A stretch of DNA of 64,000 nucleotides from assembly GCA_965218695.1 (NCBI GenBank), contig OZ244651.1:1888001-1952000 (forward strand), in the 5' to 3' direction. Source of the DNA: Nitrosopumilus sp. Its GTDB lineage: Archaea; Thermoproteota; Nitrososphaeria; Nitrososphaerales; Nitrosopumilaceae. Every line of letters starts with the position of its first letter. Positions within the stretch are counted from its first letter, which is position 1. The notes under the pieces are model-generated. The model was not told where the DNA came from. It searched no databases and worked only from the letters and a program-made list of their open reading frames with translations. Made by a program: the position numbers and the translations under genes. Of this stretch, positions 19,631 through 29,165 are shown in pieces.

Positions 19631-20263
19631 CTAAAGTTTGATGACTGCCTTCTTTTGCTCGTCAGTCAAGAGGCGGAATCCGTCTTTGTCTATGACTGCG
19701 ACGTTGATCCCGTCGCCGGTTCCGATGTTTCGGACTATTGCCGCCCGAACCGCACGCAGGGCAATCTTCTTGGCACTCTCCACGGTAAGGTTCTCCCGGT
19801 ACTCCTCCTCAAGCAGGCCGTATGCCACAAGCGAGCCGCTGCCGGTCGTAACATACGACTTTTTCTCGACGGAGCCGAACATGTCTATGTTGAAGAGCGC
19901 GGAGCCCTGTGCGTCATACCCGCCCACCAGAATATCGGCCATGAATGGGTATCCGCGGTTCTGGTGGAATATCAGCGAGCAGAGTCTTGCGATGGAGTGG
20001 ATTGGGATGGGGTGTGGTTTCTCGACCCTGTGGAGGTTGGAGTGGTATCGTAATATGTCAACAATGTTCTGTGCGTCTGCAACCCCTCCTGCCAGAGTCA
20101 GTCCTGCGTGAAGATCGATCTTTTGAATCTTCATGGTGTTGTTGTTTGCAATGAAGTATCCTGCGCTGGCCCTCATGTCGGCACACAGCACCACACCATC
20201 AGTAGCCTTGATACCTACAGTGGTTGTCCCGTGCAGAATTTTTTCCTCGACATTGCTTGACAA
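19631..20263 (-). CDS. psmB: Proteasome beta subunit
   Basis: HG/TTTVG propeptide cleavage site, ADMRAS, AGGVADAQ, TGSGS. Confidence 0.97.
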   Translation of the reverse strand: MSSNVEEKILHGTTTVGIKATDGVVLCADMRASAGYFIANNNTMKIQKIDLHAGLTLAGGVADAQNIVDILRYHSNLHRVEKPHPIPIHSIARLCSLIFHQNRGYPFMADILVGGYDAQGSALFNIDMFGSVEKKSYVTTGSGSLVAYGLLEEEYRENLTVESAKKIALRAVRAAIVRNIGTGDGINVAVIDKDGFRLLTDEQKKAVIKL

Positions 20264-20331
20264 AAATACACCTATTAAGATAATGAATATTGGATATTAC
20301 CCTTTTAAATAACTTTTTGATCCTTCCAATA

Positions 20332-21396
20332 ATGGGAAAAAGTCAGGACAGAACAAAGTCGCACACAATGGAGCTCCCCAGGCTGATGGAGATCGGGGAG
20401 GGAAACATGGACAGATTCGGAGGGTTTCTGGAGTCGTTGGGCAGGCCCAAAACAGTCTCCATGATATCGGGCGCGAACGTTCAGGGCATACTGGGAAAGA
20501 GAATCCAGAGATCGCTTGAATCAAGTGGGATCAGGTTTACATGGCATGCGCCAGGAGACAGCCAGATCAGATCCATCAACAGGATTCAGAAACAGGTCAC
20601 AGAGGACGGTTCGGACATGATTGTCGGGATGGGGGGAGGCAGATCCGTTGACACTGCAAAGATGATCTCATACCGACTGGGCAAGCCGTTTGTCAGTCTG
20701 CCCACGGCAGCATCCCATGACGGAATGGCAAGTCCGTTTGTCTCCGTAAGAAGCCACAGGCCCCATTCCATCGTTGCATCTGCACCCATGGGGGTCTTTG
20801 TGGATATAGACGTGGTCAGGAAGGCGCCTGCAAGACTGCTTGCAAGCGGCTGCGGGGATCTTGTGGCAAACATAGTTGCGGTAAGGGACTGGCAGATTGG
20901 CCATGAGAGGAATGGCGAGTATTACGGAAGGTATTCATCGGATCTGGCCATGATGAGTGCCAAGATAGTTATGGAAAACTCTGCAGAGTTTGCAAGGAAC
21001 GGTCTGGATGCAAGGGTGATTGTAGAGGGACTGATCAGCGCAGGCGTGGCATCATGCATTGCGGGAAGCAGCAGGCCGTGTTCGGGGTCAGAGCACCTCT
21101 TCTCACACGCACTTGACAAGATTGCCCCGGGCATCGGGCTTCATGGAGAGAAATGCGGACTGGGTTCCATAATGATGGCAAAGCTGCAGGGACAGAACTG
21201 GAAGAAGATTGTAAAGACGTTAAGGGATGTAGGGGCCCCAACTACTGCAGCGCAGATTGGCATCGGGCAGGATGCAGTCATCAAGGCACTGACCATTGCA
21301 CAGGAGCTGAGGCCGGAGAGGTACACGATTCTCAAGGAGGCAGAGATGACTGAAAAGAGCGCAGCGGATCTTGCAAGAAGCACAAGAATAATCTAG
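20332..21396 (+). CDS. egsA: sn-glycerol-1-phosphate dehydrogenase
   Basis: GGGRSVDTAK, PTAASHDG, SSRPCSGSEHLFSHALD, LHGEKCG; start moved to ATG 20332 behind TTTTAAATA. Confidence 0.96.
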   Translation: MGKSQDRTKSHTMELPRLMEIGEGNMDRFGGFLESLGRPKTVSMISGANVQGILGKRIQRSLESSGIRFTWHAPGDSQIRSINRIQKQVTEDGSDMIVGMGGGRSVDTAKMISYRLGKPFVSLPTAASHDGMASPFVSVRSHRPHSIVASAPMGVFVDIDVVRKAPARLLASGCGDLVANIVAVRDWQIGHERNGEYYGRYSSDLAMMSAKIVMENSAEFARNGLDARVIVEGLISAGVASCIAGSSRPCSGSEHLFSHALDKIAPGIGLHGEKCGLGSIMMAKLQGQNWKKIVKTLRDVGAPTTAAQIGIGQDAVIKALTIAQELRPERYTILKEAEMTEKSAADLARSTRII

Positions 21397-21399
21397 AGT

Positions 21400-22284
21400 C
21401 TATTGTTCAGGGGCCTGGCCTGCACTTGGAGTTTGGGCCGATGTGTCAGTGTCCGGAGCCTGGTCGGCGTCCGGAGCCTGGTCGGCGTCCGGAGCCTGGT
21501 CGGCGTCCGGAGCCTGGTCGGCGTCCGGAGCTTGGTCGGCGTCCGGAGCCTGGTCGGCAACATCTGTCTCGGTGGTGCTCTGTGGGAGTGGGCGCTGCGG
21601 GTTTGTATACACCTCGATGAAGCTGATCTCGTCTATAGTGGGCACAAACTTGAATATGTCGGATTGAACAAAATTCTTTCCCATACGCAGATCGTTACGA
21701 CGCGACTCCTCGGTGGGAATTGTAATGTTTAGCTTGTTCCCGGCAAGCTCAAAGGAGGCATCCGATGTGTGCAGATGCAGTCGTTCCCTGATGATTTGGG
21801 CGACCCGGTCGTCTGCGTCATCGACGGACTTGACTACGTGTACGTCGTAGACGATCGTCTTGCCGGCGTATCTGTGGTTGTAGTCCATCTGGACACGTCC
21901 GGATCCGATAAAACGTATCGTTCCGATCTTGCCGTCAATCTCAACCCTGTCTCCGGCAGAGACCTTCTCTGCGTCATCACCAAGCTTCCTAAGGGAGATC
22001 ATTCTGATTTTGCTGGGATCCTTTTCGCCAAAGGCCATGTCAGGTGCAAGTTCGATTGTGCGCCGCTCATCGACTACGGTTTCTGCCAGTATTTTGTCGA
22101 CCCCTTCCAGAATTGGATACGACGTGTCACCTACGGAGATCAGTTTTGGCTCGTAGTGTGCGTGCTCGTCATGCATAAGATGCTTTTCTGCCACATCCGC
22201 AGACGTTGTATCAAAGACATCTCCGGTCTCCTTTATGGTTGCAGTGTAATCCACTAGAATCAGAGAGCCCTTCGCGAAAGCCAT
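21400..22284 (-). CDS. Long-type FKBP peptidyl-prolyl isomerase (SlyD-like) with repetitive acidic tail
   Basis: VDYT..VFDTT, AFGEKDP, MDYNHRYAGK; ATG at 22284. Confidence 0.92.
   Translation of the reverse strand: MAFAKGSLILVDYTATIKETGDVFDTTSADVAEKHLMHDEHAHYEPKLISVGDTSYPILEGVDKILAETVVDERRTIELAPDMAFGEKDPSKIRMISLRKLGDDAEKVSAGDRVEIDGKIGTIRFIGSGRVQMDYNHRYAGKTIVYDVHVVKSVDDADDRVAQIIRERLHLHTSDASFELAGNKLNITIPTEESRRNDLRMGKNFVQSDIFKFVPTIDEISFIEVYTNPQRPLPQSTTETDVADQAPDADQAPDADQAPDADQAPDADQAPDADQAPDTDTSAQTPSAGQAPEQ
21451..21558. repeat. 6 x 18-bp minisatellite encoding (ADQAPD)6
   Basis: Unit GTCCGGAGCCTGGTCGGC, one synonymous variant in one copy. Confidence 0.96.
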
Positions 22285-22494
22285 TGTACTCGATCTTGAA
22301 TTTCCATATATTAAGCTAGACACGGGGAGCCCAGAAACGTATATGGTCGCCTGTCATTTTACGTAACACGTCGACCTCCAGGGGGATCATACCGTGATCT
22401 TTTAACAGATCATGACGAGGCCATTCTGGTAGATGGTCTCAGGCATGCATATCTATGCCTATAAGTCAAAATGCAGTTCCGGCACATGCCAAAA

Positions 22495-23670
22495 TCAGAG
22501 GGCGTTTAGCTTCTCTTCTGCCACGCGCAGGCCTGCCTGTATGTCCGTGTCATAACCCATCATGGCCAGCGTGGACGCAATTCCGGAGATGGCCCTCATT
22601 ACATGGTACCTGTTTATCTCTCCCATGCATCCTACCCGGAACACCTTGCCTTTCAGGTCTCCAAACCCGCCTGCAACCAGAATTCTAAATTTTTTGGACA
22701 GCGTATCACGGAATATCTTGTCCTCCAGTCCATCCAGATAGTTTAATGCAATTACAACCGTGGAGCGGGAGTCCTTGTCTGCAAACGGCGTCAGCCCGAT
22801 CTCAGACAGTCCAGAGTATAGGGCCTCAGAGCAGACCCGGTGGCGGTGAATCCTGTTCTCCATCCCCTCCTCAAGGATGATTCTCAGGGCCTCCCTGTAT
22901 GCGTAAAGCACAGGCAGGGCAGGCGTAAACGGAGTGTGCTTTGACTCGTCATAATATTTGAAGTATCTTGGAAGGTTAAAGTACATCGTTTTTGGCGGGT
23001 TTGCCTCCATGTATCTCCTGGTCCTTTGATTCACACAGATCGGTGAGATTCCCGGTGGGGCGGCAAACGCCTTCTGTCCACCGGTCATGGCAATATCAAT
23101 TCCCCACTTGTCCATGTGAAGCTCCTCGCCGCCCACAATGGACACACCATCAAGTACATAGTAGGAGTCGTTTCTTGACGTGAGATCCTTTACCCTGTCA
23201 AGATAGTTCAGCATGGTCCCAGTGGAGGTTTCGTTCCAGACGCAGTAGAATGCCTTGACATCGCTGTTGTTGTCAAATGCCTCCTTGACCTGATCAAATG
23301 TGGCATTGACGCCAGGCGTGGTCTCAACTCGAATCGCCTGGCCTCCGGCCCATTCAATCTGCTGTGCCAGCCGGGAGCTGAACTCTCCGTTTACTGGAAT
23401 TATCACCTTGTCGCCCTTTTTGATCAGGTTTAATACAGAACACTCAGTGGCGCCGGTACCGGATGAGGACAGGCATACTGCGTCCCCTTCTGTCTCAAAG
23501 ACGCTCTTGGTGTTGTCCACGCACTCCTTGTAGAGCTCCACAAAGTCATCGCTACGGTGGTTGATTGGATAGGTGATCATTGCCCTAGTTACACGTTCAG
23601 GAACATTTGTCGGTCCGGGCAACATAACTAGGTATTCCAAATCAGTCTCAAGTAGTGTTTTTGCAGGCAT
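22495..23670 (-). CDS. PLP-dependent class V aminotransferase (serine/alanine-glyoxylate type)
   Basis: MLPGPTNV, HRS, NETSTG, DGVS, GGQKAFAAPPG, FRVGCMG. Confidence 0.93.
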   Translation of the reverse strand: MPAKTLLETDLEYLVMLPGPTNVPERVTRAMITYPINHRSDDFVELYKECVDNTKSVFETEGDAVCLSSSGTGATECSVLNLIKKGDKVIIPVNGEFSSRLAQQIEWAGGQAIRVETTPGVNATFDQVKEAFDNNSDVKAFYCVWNETSTGTMLNYLDRVKDLTSRNDSYYVLDGVSIVGGEELHMDKWGIDIAMTGGQKAFAAPPGISPICVNQRTRRYMEANPPKTMYFNLPRYFKYYDESKHTPFTPALPVLYAYREALRIILEEGMENRIHRHRVCSEALYSGLSEIGLTPFADKDSRSTVVIALNYLDGLEDKIFRDTLSKKFRILVAGGFGDLKGKVFRVGCMGEINRYHVMRAISGIASTLAMMGYDTDIQAGLRVAEEKLNAL

Positions 23671-24182
23671 TATTTAAAATTAGAGGAATGCACGCGTGAG
23701 GCGCCGGACTCTTCTAGGAACCTGCGGGTTCCGTCAGGAACCAGACTTCTCCAGTCTCCGCTGCTGCTGCCGCCACCTGCAATCAGACTCCTGATGTTGG
23801 TACCGGAGAGAAGATCCCTCTGCAGGAACGGGATCGACTCTACCAGGACACCTCTCTCGGAGTAGAGGCGTTTTGTCAGTTCGTCGTTTGAGAAGATGGT
23901 TCCAAAATCAGGCACAATGGTACTGATCATCTCAATCCATCTGATATGGTTGTCCACATCAGGTATGGGGTAGATGGAGATCCTCTTCATGGTGCCATCA
24001 TCAATGGATGCGAGGATCATCTGCCTTCTCTCGTCAGCCGAGAACGGGTTGTTCCTGTCTGGAGTTTTGTTGGAGCTTCCCAGGCCCACCCACAGGTTGT
24101 TCACCCGGGACAGCGCAAACTGCAGTGCCTGCAGATGTCCCAGATGGAATGGTTGGAATCTTCCTATAAGCAGACCGTCCAT
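23670..24182 (-). CDS. nadM: Nicotinamide-nucleotide adenylyltransferase
   Basis: GRFQPFHLGH, GSS..NPFS..ER, SGTNIR. Confidence 0.92.
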   Translation of the reverse strand: MDGLLIGRFQPFHLGHLQALQFALSRVNNLWVGLGSSNKTPDRNNPFSADERRQMILASIDDGTMKRISIYPIPDVDNHIRWIEMISTIVPDFGTIFSNDELTKRLYSERGVLVESIPFLQRDLLSGTNIRSLIAGGGSSSGDWRSLVPDGTRRFLEESGASRVHSSNFK

Positions 24183-24242
24183 GCAGGAGCTTTGGATACC
24201 TTTTTAAAAAAACTATCATAGGGGTTTCAGGCAGGAGACGCG

Positions 24243-25259
24243 ATGGATCCTCTGGAGATTGACGGCGGGCGTGGCGAGGGCGGGGGACAGATAGTCCGCT
24301 CTGCAGTGGCCCTCTCGTGCATTACGGGAAGGCCCATACGTCTGAAGAATATCAGGAGGAACAGGAGGGTTTCAGGGCTGAGGCCCCAGCACGTTGCGGC
24401 AGTATCCATACTCCAAAGGATTGCAGGCGCGGAGGTGACAGGGGCCGGGATAGGATCCACGGAACTGAAGTTTGTTCCGGGCACAATGGGCAGCATGGAA
24501 CTGGTCGAGGATGTGGGGACTGCTGGAAGCATCCCGCTGATTCTGCAGGTCTTGATTCCGGTTGTAGCCGCCTCCCGCAACAGCCTGGATCTTACAATCA
24601 GGGGCGGGACTGACGTGGCCTGGAGCCCCTCGATGGATTACACCACGCACGTACTGGGGGAGGCATACTCCAGAATGGGTATGACGTTTTCACTTGAGGT
24701 GAGGAGGCGCGGATACTATCCAAGGGGCATGGGGGAGGTTGTTCTGCATGTGTCCCCGTCTGATCTCAGACCGGCTGCATTCTCCGGCAGGGGAACAGGC
24801 AGGGCTAAGATGGTCTGTACGTTCTCAAGACTTCCAAAGGAGGCAATACAAAGCGAGATCAGAAGAATCGGCGGGAACCTGACAGGATTAACCTTGGATG
24901 TAAGAATCACGGAAGATACTGCTGCAGATTCGGGCGCGTCCATGCTGGTCTTTGAGACCGGTGACCGCATAGCCGGGACAGATTCGTTGCTTGACAGGAA
25001 GACACGCAGGTTCGGGGTCGATGCGGACAGATTTGCAGAGTCCCCAGGGGTAGACGAGAATCTGGCAGACATGCTTGTTGTGCCTGCAAGTCTGTGTGAC
25101 GGAAGAACCTCATTCCGGGTTAGAAGCATCACAAGGCATATGGAGACGAATCTGTTTGTCGCCTCCAAGATTACGGGATGCAGGTACGGGATTGGTAGGC
25201 TTGATGACGGGTTCGAGGTGATAATTGACGGTGTCTCACACACCGGCGTCAAGCAGTGA
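24243..25259 (+). CDS. rtcA: RNA 3'-terminal phosphate cyclase
   Basis: GEGGGQIVRSA, GLRPQH, GTAGSI, GGTDVAWSP, GYYPRG, HMETN. Confidence 0.95.
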   Translation: MDPLEIDGGRGEGGGQIVRSAVALSCITGRPIRLKNIRRNRRVSGLRPQHVAAVSILQRIAGAEVTGAGIGSTELKFVPGTMGSMELVEDVGTAGSIPLILQVLIPVVAASRNSLDLTIRGGTDVAWSPSMDYTTHVLGEAYSRMGMTFSLEVRRRGYYPRGMGEVVLHVSPSDLRPAAFSGRGTGRAKMVCTFSRLPKEAIQSEIRRIGGNLTGLTLDVRITEDTAADSGASMLVFETGDRIAGTDSLLDRKTRRFGVDADRFAESPGVDENLADMLVVPASLCDGRTSFRVRSITRHMETNLFVASKITGCRYGIGRLDDGFEVIIDGVSHTGVKQ

Positions 25260-25733
25260 TGCAAAGAACAGGATTGCCACTGACAGCACGACTGTAACCT
25301 CGCCGAGAATGATGATCTTCTTTCTAAGTTTTTGAATCTGCACATCAGATAACTGACCGGACATGATCTTCTTTTCCACATCCCCGCGTATTATCCGTAC
25401 ATGTATGAGATAGGTGATTATCAGTGCGACTACCAGGGTAATCTTGACTATGAGAAACATGCCATAGCTTGTAGCCACGAGGAGTTCAGGCCTGCCCAGC
25501 AGGGCGTGTGAGGTATACAGTCCTGTTGCCATCAGAATTATCAGCGAGGGGACCGCTATCAAGTTGAACCGTCTTCCAACACGGATCATGATCTGCATCC
25601 TCTCCTCTACGGATTCTGCTATTGTCTTTAAAAGCGGGGAGAACACGACCCCGATGAAGATCGAGCCGCCCACCCATATTGCAGCAGAGATGAGATGAAT
25701 CCACGTAAGAATTGCCTGTTCAAGCGCAGTCAT
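25236..25733 (-). CDS. CopD-family 4-TM membrane protein
   Basis: WIHLISAAIWVGG, ATG, YG..L..K motifs. Confidence 0.82.
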   Translation of the reverse strand: MTALEQAILTWIHLISAAIWVGGSIFIGVVFSPLLKTIAESVEERMQIMIRVGRRFNLIAVPSLIILMATGLYTSHALLGRPELLVATSYGMFLIVKITLVVALIITYLIHVRIIRGDVEKKIMSGQLSDVQIQKLRKKIIILGEVTVVLSVAILFFASLLDAGV

Positions 25734-25785
25734 AGACTACAATGGACAGGGATCAAATATTATGTATTTGGGTAAGTCCACCTGA

Positions 25786-28575
25786 CTAGTTGCGGCGGCT
25801 TATCCTTTTGCGGACCGTGTGGACTGCCAGGATTGGTCCTGCCACGTATACTCCTCCAATGGCTGCAATCGAGAGCATGCCAAAGACCAGTATCGAGACT
25901 TCAGAGCCTGGGTCTGCAAACGTCATGATGTTCATGGTGTACAGTCCCGGCGTGATTAATGCCAGTACGGCATCCCTGAATAGCGGGTTCTCCCTTTCAA
26001 GGTCTGCTATTGCAGGCGAGAAGGAGTAGTATACCTGGTTGAATCCTGTCATGAACGACGTTCCGGATGCAGTGGAGAGCAGTGCGTTGTCCCTGATTTC
26101 ACGGAGGAGCTGTACCTGTGGTGCAAGCTCACTGCCGTACGCTGCAGTCGCAATCAGGCATCCGCCGGTGCCATCTGGCTCAACTGGCTCAACTGGCTTC
26201 TCTTCCATGGCAAGCTCGACTGAGTCGGTCAGGGTAAAGTACACGCCGAGTTGTTTCCACTGGCCGTCTGAAACCGTCCACACGTCATAGTTTACCTGGG
26301 CCAGATCACCATACTCGTTGAGTTTTGTAGAGCCAAGTGCGCCCATGTGTTCTGCTGCCACCTCTGGGAATACCGCAGTCAGCTGGGTGACGTCGGTGCT
26401 TTGTATGCGCTCCATGGAGAGACCCAAGAGCCAGATTGCATCATACGCAGAACTTGCATACGTCTTGGGGGTCCTGCCAATGGCCTCCTCGACTGCCTCC
26501 TCGACCTGCTTGCTGATATCGTTCTTGCCTGACGCTACCTGGAGCGTCGTAAACTCGGTGGTGGTGGCAAATTCTAACGTGATTGGGTCGTCTATGATGA
26601 CGGTATCCTTGGTGACGGCATCGGCACCGAACCACTTGACATCATCAAGGATGTCATGGGATGCTGCGGACTGGAATAGAATCTGTGTCTCGCCGAATCC
26701 AAAGCTTGCAACGCCCACCTTGTCTGCGCCATGCTCGTCTACGTATCCCTGTACTATCTCTGCCAGAACGGATGCCTCGCTTGAAAAGTCGCTGGCCTCG
26801 GGGTTGTATGGTATTCCCTCATGGACTGTTCCTCCTACGGCAGAGAATGCATCACGTATGGCACGCTCCAGTCCCACGCCCCATGCCTCGTCCCTCCATA
26901 TGGGAACGATCACGTCGATTCCCGCATCTTGGAGAAGGCGGACCAGCGCGACTGCCTGGTTGGAGTCGTCAGGGGCCAGTCTGAATATGCTGTCGCCCCC
27001 GATTGCAAGGAGCGGCGATGTGGAGGAGGGGCTGATTATCATCATGTTGTTAGAGTCGACATACCCCTTGATGCTCTGGATGTTGCCGCTGGACTGCGGG
27101 CCTATCACATGCTGGATGCCCTTGGCATTGAGGACCTGTACCTTTTCCAGCGTCACTGTAGACTTGGTCTGGGAGTACTCAGATACTACCGAGAGTGACC
27201 AGCCTGCGTCCTTGTCTGCCAGATATTGGTTAAAGTGGTCCACTGCAAGCTCGTATCCGATCTTGTTCTCCTCTCCGGATCTGGCCAGCTTGCCCGTGAG
27301 CGGTATGATTGAGCCGATCTCGATCTCACCGGACAGTTTCTCCTCCATTGCATCCATGGCAGCAGGCACGATAGAGTTGCTATCGGCATCATAAGTTCCA
27401 AGGAACGTCCACTCCTCATTTGCGATTGCCCATATGTCATAGTTTGCCTGTGCAAGATCCCCCGCATCATTCAGGCTGAGGGATCCAAGTGCGCCCGTAC
27501 GCTCTGCTGCAACCTGCGGGATTGCATCGGTCAGAACGTCTACATCCGTACTCTGGGTCTCCTCCATTGCAAGGCCCAGCAGCCATACTGCGTCATATGA
27601 TGCGCTTGCGTAGGATGTCGGTGTAGTTCCAAGTACCGCCTCTACGGACTTGTCCACATGTGTGCTTAGATCATTTAGCCCTGAGGCCACCACTACGGAG
27701 GTAAAGTTAACGTTGGTTGCGAATTCCAGTGCGAGCGGATCATCGACGATTTTCTGACTCTTTGCGGTTGCGTCCGTACCAAACCATCCAACTGTGCTTA
27801 GTATGTCATGGGCCTGTGCCGACTGGAAGAAGGACGCCCCCTCTTCAAATCCAATGTATGCCACGCCCACATTCCCTACGCCATTCTCATCTACATATCC
27901 CTGTACTATCTCTGCCAGAACGGATGCCTCGCTTGAAAAGTCGCTTGCCTCAGGGTTGTATCCGAATCCGGCGTCGACTGTACCTCCAATTGCCGGGAAG
28001 GATTCGTTAAGTGCGTCCTTCAGTCCAACACCCCACGAGTCTTCCCTCCATACTGGAACCAACACGTCGATTCCGTTCATTTTCAGAAGCTCTACTATTG
28101 CAACTGCCTGATTGGTGTCATCAGGTGCCAGCCTGAATATGCTGTCCTCCCCAATGGCAAGCAGTGGCGACGTGGAACAGCAGCTGATAACCAGCATGTT
28201 GTTGGAGTCAACGTATCCCTTTACGCTCTGCAGGGAACCACTGGTTTCAGGTCCTATTACGTGCAGAATGCCTTTGGCACGAAGTGACTGTATCTTCTCA
28301 AAGGCCACGGTCGGAAGCGTCTGTGAGTCTTCTGATACCAGTAAGAACGACCATCCTGCGTCCTTTTCTGCAAGGTATGCGTTAAAGTCATCTATTGCAA
28401 TCTGTTGTGCAAGGTTATGCTGAACCCCATAGGTAGCAAGATCACCACTGATTGGGACGATTGCGCCTATCCGAATATCGCCTGAGAGTTCTGCAGATGC
28501 AGATTGAGAAAATGCACCCATTCCCAACATACTGATCGCAACGAGTGCAACAATTGTGTGTAATTGGAATTTCAC
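25786..28575 (-). CDS. Double-domain branched-chain amino acid-type (PBP1) substrate-binding protein with CFI-box-CTERM anchor; domain order A-B
   Basis: Two LivK-like domains (IGAIVPISG..VIGP..SCCSTS..FRLAPDD..YDAVW); GGCLIATAAYGSELAPQVQLLREIRD C-terminal domain + TM. Confidence 0.92.
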   Translation of the reverse strand: MKFQLHTIVALVAISMLGMGAFSQSASAELSGDIRIGAIVPISGDLATYGVQHNLAQQIAIDDFNAYLAEKDAGWSFLLVSEDSQTLPTVAFEKIQSLRAKGILHVIGPETSGSLQSVKGYVDSNNMLVISCCSTSPLLAIGEDSIFRLAPDDTNQAVAIVELLKMNGIDVLVPVWREDSWGVGLKDALNESFPAIGGTVDAGFGYNPEASDFSSEASVLAEIVQGYVDENGVGNVGVAYIGFEEGASFFQSAQAHDILSTVGWFGTDATAKSQKIVDDPLALEFATNVNFTSVVVASGLNDLSTHVDKSVEAVLGTTPTSYASASYDAVWLLGLAMEETQSTDVDVLTDAIPQVAAERTGALGSLSLNDAGDLAQANYDIWAIANEEWTFLGTYDADSNSIVPAAMDAMEEKLSGEIEIGSIIPLTGKLARSGEENKIGYELAVDHFNQYLADKDAGWSLSVVSEYSQTKSTVTLEKVQVLNAKGIQHVIGPQSSGNIQSIKGYVDSNNMMIISPSSTSPLLAIGGDSIFRLAPDDSNQAVALVRLLQDAGIDVIVPIWRDEAWGVGLERAIRDAFSAVGGTVHEGIPYNPEASDFSSEASVLAEIVQGYVDEHGADKVGVASFGFGETQILFQSAASHDILDDVKWFGADAVTKDTVIIDDPITLEFATTTEFTTLQVASGKNDISKQVEEAVEEAIGRTPKTYASSAYDAIWLLGLSMERIQSTDVTQLTAVFPEVAAEHMGALGSTKLNEYGDLAQVNYDVWTVSDGQWKQLGVYFTLTDSVELAMEEKPVEPVEPDGTGGCLIATAAYGSELAPQVQLLREIRDNALLSTASGTSFMTGFNQVYYSFSPAIADLERENPLFRDAVLALITPGLYTMNIMTFADPGSEVSILVFGMLSIAAIGGVYVAGPILAVHTVRKRISRRN

Positions 28576-28598
28576 TGTAAATTTTCAAATATATAGGA

Positions 28599-28640
28599 TT
28601 AATAAGAATTTCTAACACATCAACGTATTATGTTGTACAA
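28599..28640 (-). promoter_or_regulatory. TATA box (CTTATTAA on minus) and upstream TTGTACAA palindrome of PBP gene 1
   Basis: Same motifs at the same offsets (24 and 58 bp from start) upstream of the paralog. Confidence 0.6.
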
Positions 28641-28832
28641 AAAGTATTACATCCCTAGCATGAGACTCATAACCAGAGTGGGCAGACTCATAACGGATAT
28701 TTTTCACTGCATGACATTTCATATAAAATCTCTGAAAAATACTGTCATCCCGTCACTTGTGGGAAATTGTGGGTTAGCCAGTGGAGGCGCTCCAAGGTAT
28801 GACACCACATAGGAAGACGTAGAGTGGAAGTA

Positions 28833-29048
28833 ATGAAAAACTGGATCAGACAAAAGTAGAATGGAGCATCATGAAGAAGCACAAGAATGCACACAACTGA
28901 GTAGCAGAAAGCATGAGATATCAGGTAGCCGAGTTCAAAATCTGCAGAAGAGGGGCAAGGCCAAGACAGCATTCTTGCCTCCATGAGCAGATCCAGAAAG
29001 TGTCCATCCGGACGCTAGGAGCACCCGAAGGTTCTTTCCGCCTACCAT
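28833..29048 (+). pseudogene. Decayed IS481-like transposase 5' fragment
   Basis: With frameshifts and stops reads MK(K)LDQTKVEWSIMKK..*VAESM..ISGSRVQNL..GR*EHPKVLSAYH, resembling (from recall) HTH N-termini of thaumarchaeal IS481 transposases. Confidence 0.55.
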
Positions 29049-29165
29049 ATCTGTGCTAATTCATCCTCGGACTTGTCCTGTCTTGCCACTCCACTTGTGT
29101 TGTCCGGTAGAAGAACACCGCCAAGAGGCACTGACAGTCAATCATAATGAATTTTGGAGAAGAAA

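Noticed and set aside
21451-21558. Regular short repeats as a possible CRISPR array (also 38970-39049)
   Set aside because: Units are contiguous with no unique spacers and lie in frame within proteins; no cas genes in the window
22325-22494. Unexplained 170-bp intergenic stretch with a small GATC-containing inverted repeat
   Set aside because: No convincing ORF, TIR/TSD or extended structure
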